NCBI RefSeq assembly: GCF_009914755.1
Contig: NC_060929.1
Direction: 5' to 3' (one strand)
Source of the DNA: the human T2T-CHM13v2.0 reference genome, Homo sapiens
Length of the DNA stretch: 64,000 nt
Positions 13,550-27,677 of this stretch are shown in pieces. Position 1 is the first letter of the stretch. Each line of letters starts with the position of its first letter. The position numbers and the translations under genes are program-made. The notes beneath the pieces are model-generated. The model had not been told where the DNA came from. It saw only the letters and a list, made by a program, of their open reading frames with translations, and made no database searches.

Positions 13550-14240
13550 CCTGAAGGAAGTGACAAACTGAGGCAAGTGTATATAAAGAGAAGAGCAGTT
13601 CAGGTGGAGGAAAGAGCCAGCAGGGAGTGTGACTGATACGCTGGGGCAGAGGGACTGAGGAAAGATCACTACACAATGCAACAAGGGAGATAAAGGGGAC
13701 CATGTCACCTTGAGTCCTGTAAATTCTTTGGGACTTTGGATTTTACTCTTAAGAGAGTGAAAGGTTTTTGAGGAGAGAAGTCTAATGATTTGGCTATGTG
13801 TTATGTTAAACTTAGATTGTAGATTCAAGGGTGGAAGCAGGGAGACCAAGAGGCGATGGCAGTCATCCAACGCAGACATGACAGTAGCTTTAACAAGGAT
13901 GGTAGCATTGGATGGAGTGAGAAGTGCTCAGATTCTGGATCTGTTTGGAAGGTACAGCCAAGAGTCTCCCAATCGATTGAATGTGGATTCAAGAAAAATA
14001 AAGGGTAAAGGATGACTCCAAGGCTTTCCACCTTAACAATAAAAGAAATGGAGATGCCACCAAGTGCAGATAGACAAGGTTTGGCCATGGAGATCAGTCA
14101 CGCTTATTGCACTTGTTCAGTCTGAGATGTCCATTAGATATGCAAGTGTAGATAATTTACTTTTACATTTCTTTTTATTGATTGAGCCTCTGCAGTATTT
14201 GGCACAGGAGGTACTAAAACCATGAAGCCACCTAAGTCAC
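13550..14240 (-). mobile_element. L2 fragment
   Basis: gaagtgctcagattctggatctgtttggaaggtacagcc; ggatgactccaaggct; atggagatgccacc; tgagatgtccattagatat. Confidence 0.75.
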
Positions 14241-14254
14241 ACTCTTTTTTAATG

Positions 14255-14464
14255 CAGAAGTAAGCACACTTCTTTGATAAAGATCTAATAGTACATATTT
14301 GAACAGCCTTTACCATTTCCTTTAGAACTACTCTACCATAATAGTGCGAAAGCAACCCTAGAGAATACACAAACAAATGAGTGTTGCTGTGTTTCAACAA
14401 AACTTTATTTATAAACAGAGAGTGACTTGGATTTGATGTGCAGGCTATAGTTTACTGACTCTTG
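14255..14464 (+). mobile_element. MER58A-like hAT-Charlie MITE
   Basis: gcgaaagcaacc..aga..aatac..aaacaaatgagtgttgctgtgtttcaacaaaactttatttat...ggatttg...tagtttactgactcttg matches recalled MER58A. Confidence 0.8.
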
Positions 14465-15024
14465 CTTAATGGAAATTTAAGAGAAAAATTTTGAACCCCA
14501 AACAAGGTTATATAATCTAGTTTATCTCCAACTGTGGATGTACATAGTCAACAAAATTATTTTAGGTGATACAAAGACTGGCATTAAGTAACCTTAAAAA
14601 GCAAAATAATATGCTTATTTACCAATATTATTTATTTGTAATTCTCTATTAATTTATTGAATACATCATGAAAAAGGCTCCATTTGGTAGAGATATGGCT
14701 TTAGCAGCAGCTTGATACTTAATCATCTCTCTTTACAATATAAATAGAGAAAGTCTTTGGTCTGAAAGACTTCTTCAAGCTAGAAATGTAGCCAGAGTCT
14801 AATAATATTGTTAAGCCTTTATCAAATGTATTCGCCAAATTTCTAGTATCAGTTAATTATGTCCAGTGTCAATAGTGATGTGATGTATTAATGTGATCTT
14901 TAATCGCATTAAAGATCTTTAAATAGATTTAAGAAAAAAATGTGAATGATTCTCTGAAAATACAAAGTAAAGCATAGTATAGGTGATATTTAAATATAAT
15001 AAATATCTTAAAGCTGGCCAGTGA

Positions 15025-15170
15025 AGCACTGCTCTAATTCAACCCTTTCAAATGAAGAGGGGGGAGAGTGGCAGATTGGTTGGTTGGCTTGTACTTTGTT
15101 CCCATAGCTTACAAATGACAGGACTAAAATTAGGACCCTTGAATCTCACCCAAGTGCTTTATCCACATCA
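15025..15170 (-). mobile_element. MIR fragment
   Basis: ctaattcaaccc..tttcaaatgaagag...ccatagctt..aaatgacaggactaaaattagga. Confidence 0.45.
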
Positions 15171-15343
15171 CCAAAATGGCCTGGTTTCCTCATGCTGGAA
15201 TGGAATTGTACAATTATTAATTAGGTGCTTGCCTAGAAAAACCACTGGGTTAACCTCAAACTGCCATTTCCTTATTAGGTCATAAACAGAAGAGGCAATA
15301 GAAAGAGTAACAATTTCTTTTCCGTTCAGATGCATAGTGAGCC

Positions 15344-15537
15344 TAGAGGTGGATGTGCCACAAAGCTAATGAAGCTGAAATTTTCAGGTTTCTCACCTTT
15401 TGAGGCCCTAGCAATGTGTACGCTAAGTCATATGTTTTGTAAAATTTATGAAAATAAAAGTTTGTGCCTGTCTTCTTATATAAAACTTTCAAAACTCTAT
15501 ATGCTTCGGCCTCTACAAAACCCAGATCTGCTTCCAT
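15344..15537 (+). mobile_element. MER69A/Arthur1-type hAT-Tip100 MITE
   Basis: agaggtggat...aagctaatgaagct...ggccctagcaatgtg...tcatatgttttgtaaaattt...gcttcggcctctacaaaacccagatctgc. Confidence 0.75.
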
Positions 15538-15734
15538 GTGTGTTCAAATCCCATGACAATTTCATTCCAATTTCAAAAAAATAAAAGGTTCTATCAGCCA
15601 AATAACAAACTTACTCTTTATTCTTTCTTTATCAATCATTTTTGGAAAATTGTAAAATATTGAGCTCAGTAATAGATATCATGATCTCTGTGAGAACAAG
15701 GAATTCAATTCAGTTCAATCTCTGTTTAGTGTTA

Positions 15735-16090
15735 GTCTAGAATGTCCTCTCCAAGACATCTAGGTAGCTCTCTGTTTTGCCCCAGGGTTTTATGCCACTT
15801 TCTGCTCAAATGTCCTTCCCTGAAGAATCCTCCCTAAACACTTTATCTAAAGTAGCATCCCTCAACCCTGTCTCCTTACATGGTGTTATTTTTGTCATTA
15901 TATTTATGACCACTAACATATTTCATATCATTTGTTTATATGGGTGTTGTCTATCTCCCTCCTCCCCACATCCCTCCTGCCAACGGAAATATCATGCACT
16001 AAGAGTCTTCATCTGTTTTATTTTATTGCTGCAACACCAATGTCTAGAATAGTCACTTGTATACTAGAGAATATAAATAGAAAATTGTGC
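15735..16090 (+). mobile_element. L2 3' end
   Basis: ctagaatgtcctctcc; ctgctcaaatgtc; ctttatctaaagtagc; caatgtctagaatagt. Confidence 0.7.
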
Positions 16091-16310
16091 AGTAGATAAG
16101 TATTTATAGAACACTTACTCTGTGTCAGGGCTGTGCTAAGCACTGGGGATTCAGCAGTGGTATTCTCATCATAGATGCTAATAATTAATGGCTGGTGCAG
16201 TGAGTACTTCAAACACAGAGTTGCAGGTGCTAATGGGGTATATACCAAGACTATTGGCATAGCCTACTGAAGTATGAAAGACCTCTCTGAGACAGCGATG
16301 GGTATTTTAT
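16091..16310 (-). mobile_element. L2 3' end, tail-to-tail with the previous element
   Basis: aagtatttatagaacacttactctgtgtcagggctgtgctaagcactggggattcagcagtg. Confidence 0.7.
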
Positions 16311-18174
16311 ATGACTCCAGAGGCCTGTGACCTATGTGTGGTTATTACATTCAAGGGAAAGAAAAAATTAGGTCCTCTTTCAGCTCATTATAAGTAGAAA
16401 CTTTCTTAGTAGTAGAAAAATGCCACCACGCCAAAAGAAATGTGCTGCCTAGATATATACTGAATTTTCCATATAACAAGAAATATTCAGACAAGCTGTC
16501 AGATCACTTGATACAATAAATAAAGGGTTAGATTAGTTGATCTTGAATTTATCTACTAACTCAAGGAGCCTATAATTAATTACTTTATTCTTTCATTACA
16601 TAAATATTTATTAAGTACCTACTAAATGTCAGACATTGAAAAGCTAAAACTCAGAGTGTTGTCTCTGTGAATAAAGAATGTCATAACTGGACTCATCTCT
16701 TCCTCTGTTGCTATATTTCAGCTCACAGACAACTGCCAGCTAATCTCCAGACGCATCAAGGCTCAAAATATTCAGCAATTCCCCTGCCCAAAAAGCAATC
16801 CAAACCCCTTACCTGGCATTAAAAGCCTGCTATTCTTGGCCCTAAACATTTCCCAGTACTCATCAACTCTGCCCTGTGCTGCAATTCTGTTTATTACTCA
16901 GAAGCACATAGGAAGGCATATTCCTCTACACTTTTGTTTATAAACCTTCCTCAGCTTTTGCTTTTCCCAGGCCCTTACAGTTATTCAGAAAATCCTCCGT
17001 CTGGGAGTATCAGCCCTTCCTAGTGCCAGAACTAAATATGGACAATCCCTTATATGATGTAGATGTTGCAAGTGGGTTGGGAATAAAAGAGCTCCTCATG
17101 TAAAATGAGCCTCTACTGTGGGATCCTAAAGTTCAGGCTTCTTGGGCCTTTTACAGTGATGATCATGTGATAAAGCTTCCACCTCAATCTTTTGTTTGAG
17201 TTCCACTTCCTTATTAATACTAGAGTTCTGCTCTGAGCTCTGGCTTTCTTGGCTGGGGCTCTGATCCATGGCCCAATTCTTGTCAGCATCCATCTAAGGC
17301 AGACTGGGCTCCTGGGTCCCAATTCCCTCATCCATAGCTGCTGGGCTTGGACTCCACCTAAGGTGGGCTGAGATAAATCTGTGTGGTGGGGATCTACAGA
17401 TGGGAGCTCAGCTGGGCAGAGATGTCACCTGGAATGAATGAATGTAGCTGTGCCAAAGAGACCACTAACATGGAGAGAGAAGGGGCAGTAAATGGAGCCA
17501 AAAACTGCCAAAGAAATGGAGGCATTCAGAAGCTAATTAGGTACTAGGAAATGAGCTGGTAGGTAAAGCCATGTGGGGAAACAGAGCGAGACAGAGTGAG
17601 CGCCTTGCCATGATGAGGTCTGGTGTGCCCAGTTTGTCTGTTGGTGGGTGCCAGCTTCACAACTCATTGGTAATTTAGAAGAGGACGCAAGGTGAACAGC
17701 TGGTCTTGTTCCAAAGTGGATTGATCATCCTGAAACAAAAAGCTGACATCTGTGATCAGTGAACAGCACAACTGCCTGGAAAACTCAGTTGACTTTCTTC
17801 TTAGACATCAGACTCACCTCTAAATAGGTTCATGTTATCCATGCCACACCCTTGGATTTAGAGTTTGACTGATAGTCATTCCACCCAGAGGTAAATCCTG
17901 TTGCAGGGCCAGTTGCTGCAGCCTCAACTCCAGCATTCTCCTGTTCTTTGAATGTTTGCTGCCAAAAATGTATTTGCCTTGAGATCAAGCCTGCACCAGT
18001 AGGACAGCATATTTCACCCTATTCATCTGAAAAGTCCTCCTCTATCTTTCTGCTTCTCTTCTGTCTTCAAGATCTAACTCAAATCTTGTCTCCTCCAAGT
18101 CACTGGAACCATCCCCAAGAGATCTTTCCATCTACTGAATAGTATAATCCCATTTTACAATATCCACTGAGCAT

Positions 18175-18412
18175 CTTTCATTTATATAACACTTGCTATA
18201 TGCCAGCTGCTAGGTGTTTTATAAATATCAACTCATTTAATCTTTCTAGTAGCCTTATGAGGTAAGTATTATTACAATCCCAATTTTGCAGATAAAGAAC
18301 TGGGTCACAGACAGCTTAAGTAACTTGCTCAGAGATCCCCAGTTAGTAAGACCCAGCTGGAATTTGAACTGAGACAATTTGGCTTCAGAATTCATGCCCT
18401 GAACTACCTTCC
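18175..18412 (-). mobile_element. MIR SINE, near full length
   Basis: ctcatttaatc...ccttatgaggtaagtattatt...attttgcagataaagaactg...taagtaacttgctcag...ggaatttgaact. Confidence 0.9.
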
Positions 18413-21400
18413 ATTCTAGGGTGCTCCTCAGATTATGCTGAACTTGATTTGCAGACTGTACTAGCTGTAAATACACAAAAAGTAAAGACTAGATCTGCGG
18501 CTTTTTGAAGGTAGGGGTTGTGTATTTACCGCTTCAGTGTCAGGGCTTTATATATGTTACACATGTATCTATCCACAGGCATATACTCTTTAAATACATT
18601 CATACATACTTTATGCATATAAGACATCAAGAAATGTTTACTGGTTATGGTGATATTGAAAATAATGTTGATGGAATTAAAGATAGCTCAGATATATCCA
18701 TGGATTAATTAGCTCTTATAATCACATGCAATCAAGAGTAAGATGTCCCTGAATAATTCAGCTAACCTATTTATTTTTCTTTGAAACATCCAAGTGATTT
18801 GCACAAGCCACCTTCTATTTCTACAGGCCTCTTATAAATCAGTATACTAACACCTTGGGATGACATGTCCATGAAAAGTGCTAGAGAGAATGAAATTTGA
18901 TATCTTTCCCGCTTGACAGATAACTAACTTATAAATAAACCGTAATTCCCCCTAAAGGAGAAAAGGCCTAGCTTTGGCCAACCCACGAATTACAGGATAT
19001 ATATTGTTTTACCACCACTGACAGTTGCCACTCTTGTGATTTCCAGAAGCTTGTCTATTCCTCTTGAGTAGAGTAATTCTACAGCAGAGTAAAAGGAGCA
19101 AAAATGTAAAATAGCTTGACACTGAAGGATCAAATGTCTCCTAGCAAAGTCCCAAAGAATAGATTTGGAGTTTTCCTTCATGAAAACTGTAAAATGAAAT
19201 TATAAGCAATAGGCAATTTTCAGGTTGTCAAATATCCATAATCATTATTATTTCTGAACTTAATACAATGTGTTAGGATTATTGTTGCTTTTCTGCCCGA
19301 AAATATTATACATTTCCACTTAAACATACATTTTATAGTTATGAAAACCCACTAAAAATGATGTAGTCAAATTTCAAAATTAGGGGTTTTTTAACTTCTA
19401 ATATGTAGTTTCCAATCCCTTAGAAAAAGCTATTATAAGGCTATCATAAGGATTTTTTTTCCTATTATGAATGCTGAAATATTTAAACATCTGAAAGAAA
19501 TACGCAAATGTTTCTATGTAAAAAGAAACACTGTTCTTTGGAAAACATGAATTATATAAACTATAATTAGAGCTTCAAAACTGCAAGTGTTTAAACTAAG
19601 ATTACAAATTGCTGTGTTAAAAAGATACTGAGACGCTCAGGGGGAAAGAAATTAAATGCCGACTAACTAAATTAATTCTCCCACATCCCAAGCTGTTCTA
19701 TCTCCCTTATGCCTTTCCCTCTGCCATCACTGATGATCACGTACGTATCTGTTAGAACCTGCTTCTATAATGAATTCAAGTTACAATGAATTCAGGTTTG
19801 ATTTGCCTCCTTTTCTTACCATTATAGTTGGCAGTGTCGACTTGAAAGTATTCATTTCTATTAATAATCTTCAACTAAATATAGTGTACTGGAAAAAGTA
19901 AACTGAAATAGTTAAAAAAAAATGCAATTGAATTCTATGTTTCAAACTAAACTAGAACTTGTTATTTTTTTAAAAAAATAAAATGAGTTTTGTGTGTTTT
20001 GGGGAGCACAGAGTAAAGATCTGGAAATTAATTGAATTTCATTAGCCTAGATTCATACCACTAATATATATGAAAGTATGGTCAGGGGTATGAGCAGAAT
20101 GAGGCTTGAATTGTCTAAAAGTATCTCTCTAAATCTAAACAATGTGCACTTACACAGATAACTACCAAATTATTATTTATTTGGGGCTGCCTGGTCTATT
20201 TTCCTACAATAATATTTCAGCTCTATTTTAAAGTAAAACTTCAGGTTAATTTAAAAAATCCAAAAATGATTGAAAATCTCCATATGCACATTAACTAGCC
20301 ATATGACTATACAGTTAAATATTTTGGTTTGGAGCTGCAAAACTAGTGCCCTCTGCATTTATTTCTAAAAAGCCATTATACTTTATAGTTGAGAGACCAC
20401 AGGAGTTCATTTAATTCTGTTACACTGCCAAAATATACTTTAAAGAAAAAAATCATGGCTAATTGTGGGAATGAAGCTATGTGATCAGTTTTCTCTGAAC
20501 TAGAATCAATGCATGCTTCAACATCTGATTTCCTAAACTCAGTTGCCACTGAGGATGCTTTAAGCACACTGTAAACACATGTCACAACTTTACATCACAG
20601 GCGGCTTTAAACCTAAATTCTCCATCCATATTACCTCCAAAAATATAGTATACTTTTAATCCATTACTAGAGCAATGGCGCCTAAAAACAAAAGCCCTTT
20701 TTAAACAATGGGACACACCCTTTAGCAGACTGAATGGATTGGGGTAATGATGGAGGCAGACCAAGAAACCAAAGAAAACATGGAAGAGAACAAGATAATT
20801 GAAACAACTGTGCTGCATATTCCTGACTTAGGGCGGACAGATATTACTCATGAGAATGTTTAAAGAGTTTGAAGTATTTAGTCTATATTGTTAAGTAAAA
20901 AAGGCATTTGGCATTTGTCTCCAGGCTTTTGAATCCTTAATCACTGAATGAAGATGACTAATATGTCATGGACATTGACTGAGTGATCTACATGAAATTA
21001 ACCTTCTCCTGGAATAACATGTCAAGGTACCACAAAGCAAAAGGTGGGAGAAGAACCAATAATGAGTTTTGAACTGACTGAGAATAAAGAAGCGCTGGGT
21101 TAATTCTTGTTTTAATAAGCTGTTGTGAAATTTAAAAGATTGGCACCCCCCCTCCACAATCACACATGCAAAGTTTTAAAAATATTATTATCCTAGTTAT
21201 CAGGAGTAGTTCTTTATCCATTACAATTCAAAGTTCAGAAAGGAGAGACACATCTTTCTTTGTACTCTTCTCAGTGTCTACCATAGGAGGGTTTAGTCCC
21301 AGTAGATACCCAATTAGAAATGCTCACTTCCTTATATCACTCATCAATAGGGAATGCTGGGGTTCTTCCATTTCTAAGTCACTTTTAGATGTTTCCTATT

Positions 21401-22587
21401 AACATAACACTGGGCGTTACTGTAAAGTACCAGTAAAAGGATAGTGGGAAGAAAGTAATTGTTACCTACACATTAATAAACTTAGGATTGTACCTAAAAA
21501 GATGACTCATTAAACCAGAAAGTTTTTCTAAATATTGCCTATGTTGAAGTAAGATACATATACCCTAGCACCCTAGGCACCCTGCTGGTCTGTAGGAAAA
21601 CAATTTGTTTGAAGAGTGCTCTTCCCCCAGTGTTGTAGCACAGGTTTACAAGATACCAATCAGGGTTAAGTAGCACCAGTCAAGAATCAATTTTCCTGGT
21701 TTAACATATGCCCAAAATGTTTACTGTCACTCTGAATTTATATTCACTCTTTGGAAGTATTTGCAATGGAATCTGGCACACTGAGCAACTGTAGAAAATA
21801 TAACAGGGTTATAAGATGGCAATTTTATGGAAATCCAGTTATTAAATCAGATTTATTAAAAGTGCACTTACAGAAAAAGATTATAATGATTATAGAAAAA
21901 TCTTGATCCATTTGTGTTAATAATTTGTGTTAGGAAGCCTTTTAGCAATTCAGTGAGTGGCACTATTATACAAAAAAAAATTTCTAGAGTCTACATTGAA
22001 AAATATGAGAACCTTCCATATATTAAAAATAATGGAGAATATTCCTATAAAAGTACAACTTTTTCACAACAAAGAGGAGAATGTATATGAAGAGGTGCTT
22101 CTTCCTTCATCTCAACATCACCACTTCTTTGATATTGATTTTTTTCACTTAATCTCTATAGGCTAAAAGACAATCTGAGTTTTGTTCTCACTTTCCCTCC
22201 AAAGTATGCAGAAATTCACAGCTTTGATAGTACTTTATTGAATTTACCTTATCCCTACAGCTAAATAGTCACTATGCATATTTTTGTGAGCATCCACAAA
22301 ATCACTACAACCTAGTCTACATAATTTGGTTGTGACTCACACAGCTTTCCCCCAGCCTGCTGAACTACCTTTCAAGATACCAGTCTTTTCCTTTTTCTTT
22401 TTAATATGTATGTTCTTCAGGCAATGACTTTTGAAATTTTCTAAGCTTCCTCCCAATTCTTAGCCTTATCATATCAAAGAAAAGAGTTGAGATTTTTTTC
22501 ACTGGAGGCTTTTTCAACAGATACTTGGAAATTTATGATCCCATAATTGATCTGGGCTCAACTGCATAGTGCCAAAATCTAATAAAT

Positions 22588-22790
22588 AATAATGCCTAAA
22601 TGTATATAATATCTCATAGCTTACAATGCACCTTCACAAATATTATTTTATTTGATCATCACAAAATCCTCTGCAGTGGGTAGCGCAGATATAATCACCG
22701 TTTTATGTGTGTCAAGTAAAGTCATGATGTGATGCAATGGCAGATTTGAAAATAGAAGCCACTTCTAAAATTTTTGTCTCCCATCTACTT
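22588..22790 (-). mobile_element. MIR SINE
   Basis: ttacaatgcaccttcaca..tattattttatttgatcatcacaaaatcctctg. Confidence 0.6.
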
Positions 22791-24624
22791 TTCCCTAATA
22801 CACTTAGCTCCTATTATACATGGGGAACTGCATAAATATCTGTCATGTCTTACTTTGATATGTTTATACATTCTAGTACCGAGATATGAGGATCTGTGGT
22901 GTTATTCAAATAAATTAGTAAATAAAGATTTTATATCTTCTGAAGTTGGTGATATATAAAGAATGAAAAGCAATTCATCTTCCCCCAGTATAATTAATGT
23001 TTCAAATGGCAAAACTAATGAGAAAATTTATTTTCAAACTATAAATATTTAGTATAAGGCCTTGTTCTCCAAGTTCCAGTTTTGCATTTACTTGTGATAC
23101 AATAAATCAACATTATAAAACTTCATACTACTGAAAAAATACATCCAGTGTGTAATTTTGGTGAAGGAAGATTTCCATGTAGCTTTTCAGTTTTTGATGC
23201 TTTAAATATTTTAACATTATACACAAGTATATGACATATGATTCTCATCCTTTATACCTTACCATGAAAGTTCAGTGTTAATATTATGGAAAAAAATTAT
23301 ACTTAGGTATAAATATTGTCAAAAATCACTGGCTGAGTGCAAATGGGAAATCACCAGCAAAGCAACGTACGGCTTATTCAGATGAGGAACAGTCAGGAAT
23401 CATACATAATGCAGCAGTGAGCATCAGCAAACAACAGACCCAGAAGATCATCCCCACCAGAGTTGGACAAAACTCAGAAAAATCCACCTGGTAAACAAAA
23501 CCCAATAGTTTCCAGTTATCTTGTAAGTCCAGACAGGTCTTAGTTGAAGCCAAGTGTTCATATTCAAATCTGAGACCAAGGAAGAAAGAGCCACACGCAA
23601 AAAAATAATAAGTACAATTTGGCTCCCCATCCCCTAACTCGATGAGAGCTTATCAGGCCAAAGGGATAGAGAAGTGCACAATTATCCGGTAAATTAGTTT
23701 TGATCAAGAGAGTCAATCTGGATAATTGAGGCCTTGTGATTCACTTCCACTTGAATCATCCTGAACACATTCAATATAATATATAATTATGCAACTCTCT
23801 TCTTCAGCTCCTAGTCATGGATTCATTGCTAAAAATGTGCATTAGGGTTGTGAGAGTATATTAATATGGGGTGATTATAGACCTCCTCAAAGCTAACTTC
23901 TTTTGTGTTATTTCTGAGCTTCTGGTTTCACATGGTGTCTTGTCTTGTCTGTCTCTATATTAAGGGAAAAACTCAAATGTTAATAAAAGACTGAGAATTG
24001 AATTAAGCCAGTCTTCTCTCTACCAAATATATCTAGATTGATTTTACATTGCTTTGATGCATCTAATTAGTCATATTTCAAATATAGAAATGAAAAGATA
24101 TTTTCATGCAGTAGACATTACAGATCCCTCCAAAACTGAGTTCAGAAATGATTTACTGACCTTGTATATATCTGGACTCTATCACATTTACTTGGCATGT
24201 TCTTAAAATTTTTCCCCAAAATGGCTTAGCATTTTTCTTCAGAAAAAGAAGCAGAGCAAGGGAGGAATAAAAGTCTAGTCTGTTCATTTGGGATGAGTCA
24301 GAAGTCAACACGCCACAATAAAGACGACTTTATGCTATTTCTCAGTGGAAAGAAGTGTTCAGAAGATATCCCAATGAGAATCCATCTCTGTAGGTTTCAT
24401 GGCAACACTGAAAATTTTATTATTTCTGCAGGCTTTCTTCTATATACAAGTATTAAATACCTCAAAACTTGGACTTAAACCATTTAATTATGAAGGTCAG
24501 AAAAGATTACTTATCATTATTATTATTATTGGAACACATTCTCTGAGGCTGTGATTATGTTTTTTGAGAACAATTTTAGTTAGCTTTTTGAATCAATGAC
24601 TTGTTTTTAATTAATTTTTGTTTT

Positions 24625-24960
24625 TATAGTTCAACAAATATTGAGCACATGACATGTGTTAGATGCAGTAATATGTGCTGGAGATGTAAAAATGAATACA
24701 ATCTCATCTCTAACCTCAAGAAACCAAAACACACAGCAAAACACACAGGCACACACACACACACTTTTCAACAAAGTGAAACAATGGTTTGCATAAGGTA
24801 CCATCAAAGAACACATGAGGGGAAATATACTAGGTTGAGGTGGGGATAGTGAGAGATCACGGAGCTCAGGAAGCCTCCTTAGAATAGATAAAGCACGAGA
24901 CTTGTCTTGAAGCGCAAATCAATATTCTCCAACAAACAGAAGTACAAGGCTGGCATTTGC
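24625..24960 (-). mobile_element. L2 fragment
   Basis: ttcaacaaatattgagcac...gtgctggagatgtaaaaatgaata...tcaggaagcctccttaga. Confidence 0.6.
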
Positions 24961-25305
24961 AGGAACCTGAGAGCAACAGCCCCTCAAATTGTGTGCCCCT
25001 CTCTTACCTACCCTACTTTGGAGGCTCAGAAAGAAGAAAACACTTTACATCACGTTGGTTTAAAATAGATTTCATAGAAATATTATTCAAAATAATTATT
25101 AAATATACATTCTCAAATAACTTGAATTGTTTAATGTGCTATATTGTAGCTAAACTCACTGGAAAATATAGACTTGCAGTGCTAGATTTCTTCTTGCTCT
25201 ATTCATGATCTTAAATAAATATACCTGCGGGGGGCCCTCTTCTCATTCCAATATATAGAGTAGGGACCCAATCATTCACCTGATTGTCAGAGAAAAGGAA
25301 CATGC

Positions 25306-25610
<305 letters not shown>

Positions 25611-25691
25611 AGAAAAGGGACATGCACATACTGTTTGCTATTGCTATTTTTCAGAAACAGAATTTCTAAAATCTTAAAATTGGTAATTCCT

Positions 25692-25825
25692 TGGGACATG
25701 GTATAATTTACCATCCAACCCCGAACACTTTTGAGAATGAAAAGAAAGTGCTATTTATCATTTTACTGCAACAATAGGCATAAACCACGACTGTTTCAGG
25801 CAAACCAGGATGCATGGCTACCCTA
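25692..25825 (+). mobile_element. MER94-like hAT-Blackjack MITE
   Basis: tataatttaccatccaa...acacttttgaga...ggcataaacc..gactgt...ggcaaaccaggatgcatggctacccta. Confidence 0.75.
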
Positions 25826-27289
25826 ATTATTCCCACTATTATCATCAACTAAAGAACTATGCAAAACTCAGCAGCAGCTTTTAAAACAAAGGAAAATTCC
25901 TCCTCAACATCACCACACCAGAAGCTTAGAACCAAGCAGAGACATTCTTTTACCTTGACCTCAAACAGCATGGATTCTCGGTGATGTCTGTCTGTGTACT
26001 ACTTTCCCAGACACGGAAGTCATGACCACAAACTTGGATGTGTTTTGACTGTCCCTCCTCAACCACTCATGCGAATCAACAAAGGGTAGTCCGGGGGAAT
26101 TAACCTCACACAAACAGATATGTCTGAATAGGTCACAGAAGACCATGCTGTGGAGGGCTGCTTTCACTTAGTCTGTTGGAGAATATTGACTTTGAGCTAC
26201 TCACTTCCTTCAGCAAAAATTTTTCTTTCATTTGTCACTCTGACCCATCTCAGCTGGGTCATTTTTTTTTAAAGATGTTAAAGTTAAAAAGGAACTCTTG
26301 TTGCTTATATAAGAAAGAAAACAAAGGTGGGGGAAAATAAACTCCAAACTCAAAACAGGTTATTTGAAGAATCTTCTCCTTCAGTAACTTTAGATATTTA
26401 AAAGGAGAACTAGGGTCAAAGATGAGTGCAAAGTAAAGAAGCAATTTAGATAGTACTCTTAGCCAACTTCTTGCTACTCCTCCCTTTTTTACCCATTGAC
26501 TGCCTCTTTGATATCAGTCTTCGTTCTTCGATCATCCACTCCCTCTTGATAACAAGGGAACTCCAGCTGATATAGAAAGCTCTAATATTGACTACAAGAC
26601 ATTTTCTCTCTTTATTTCAAGGGGAACATGGAAATAGTGTACCCAAAGGTGGTCATAAGTAATTAGGATTTCTCTACCATCTCCCACAGGACCCACTGAG
26701 TTGGCTTTACCCTGCAGTTGAATTATTGCCTCCTGAACACCATGTTTCACTTTAATTATTCGGCATTAATTCAGAACCTCAGGTTTTTCACATACTGGAG
26801 AAATAAGAATGAATTAGGCATGTTTTATGCCATCAACGGAGTTTCTTGTAATAACTTCGGGGGATAAAATGATCAGGGGTTCCTATTTCCTAGACTTTCC
26901 TGCCACAAAGCAGGAATATCCCATCACACAATGTGTCAACTAGATATGAAATTGAAAGTCTAGCAATTCTCAACATTGCCCTAGGGAGACAATCCACCAA
27001 AGGCCAGACTGCAGCAGCATAGTCACCATTTGCTGTGCTAAATATCATTAACTACTATGATATCACTCTGAAAATCATCTATGCTTTCAAGTTTTTATGC
27101 AGTCATCTCACAGCTATGTATTCTAACTCATTTATAATGATAGTGTATCATTAACTGATTGTTTAGAAGCCCCCTGGTAAAAAATATTTTCTCCTCCTAA
27201 AAATTTGTTAGGAAAAGTAATCTCAGAGCTGAAGTTTACAAATTCAATTTTGCTTAAATAATTGTTTTCATTTAGCTTATATTTTATCG

Positions 27290-27675
27290 TGCTTATTTTT
27301 TTAAAATAAGTGATTTGTTTACATAGTTGAAAAACCGAAAGAAAATAGAAATATGTATAATAAGAGGATGCCTTCCACCTTGTTCCCTCATCTAATTCCC
27401 ATCCTTTTAAATACACACGGTTACCACTGTTATTTGTTGTGTATGTCCTTGTCATATGCTTATACAAGCAATGCAAACATATATTTTTAATTATTCACTC
27501 ATTTTTAACTTAAACATTAGCAGAAAATACAACTTTTCTCACTTCAAGGGTTGGTTTATTAGTTCTATAATTTCTCTTTTTATATTCATTAATCCCTGAT
27601 TTGTATCTTTTTCTATTCTTTCTAATTTTCCTCATATTAATTTGCTATCCCCGTTTTTCCTTTTTGAGTTGAAGG
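27290..27675 (-). mobile_element. Ancient L1M fragment(s)
   Basis: T-rich antisense L1-like text (accactgttatttg...gtgtatgtcctt; ctttttttgagttgaa). Confidence 0.45.
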
Positions 27676-27677
27676 TT

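Noticed and set aside
17340-17720. Purine-rich, LTR-like segment; similar at 53040-53350 and 53780-53930
   Set aside because: Probably ancient LTR fragments, but I could not match a family or termini well enough to list them.
20568-20605. tgtaaacac...ctttaca resembling a miR-30-type hairpin
   Set aside because: Only a seed-length resemblance, with no extended stem.
23308-23494. Open plus-strand frame ...GKSPAKQRTAYSDEEQSGIIHNAAVSISKQQTQKIIPTRVGQNSEKSTW* as a possible coding exon
   Set aside because: Poor acceptor (no pyrimidine tract), weak donor and no recognisable homology.
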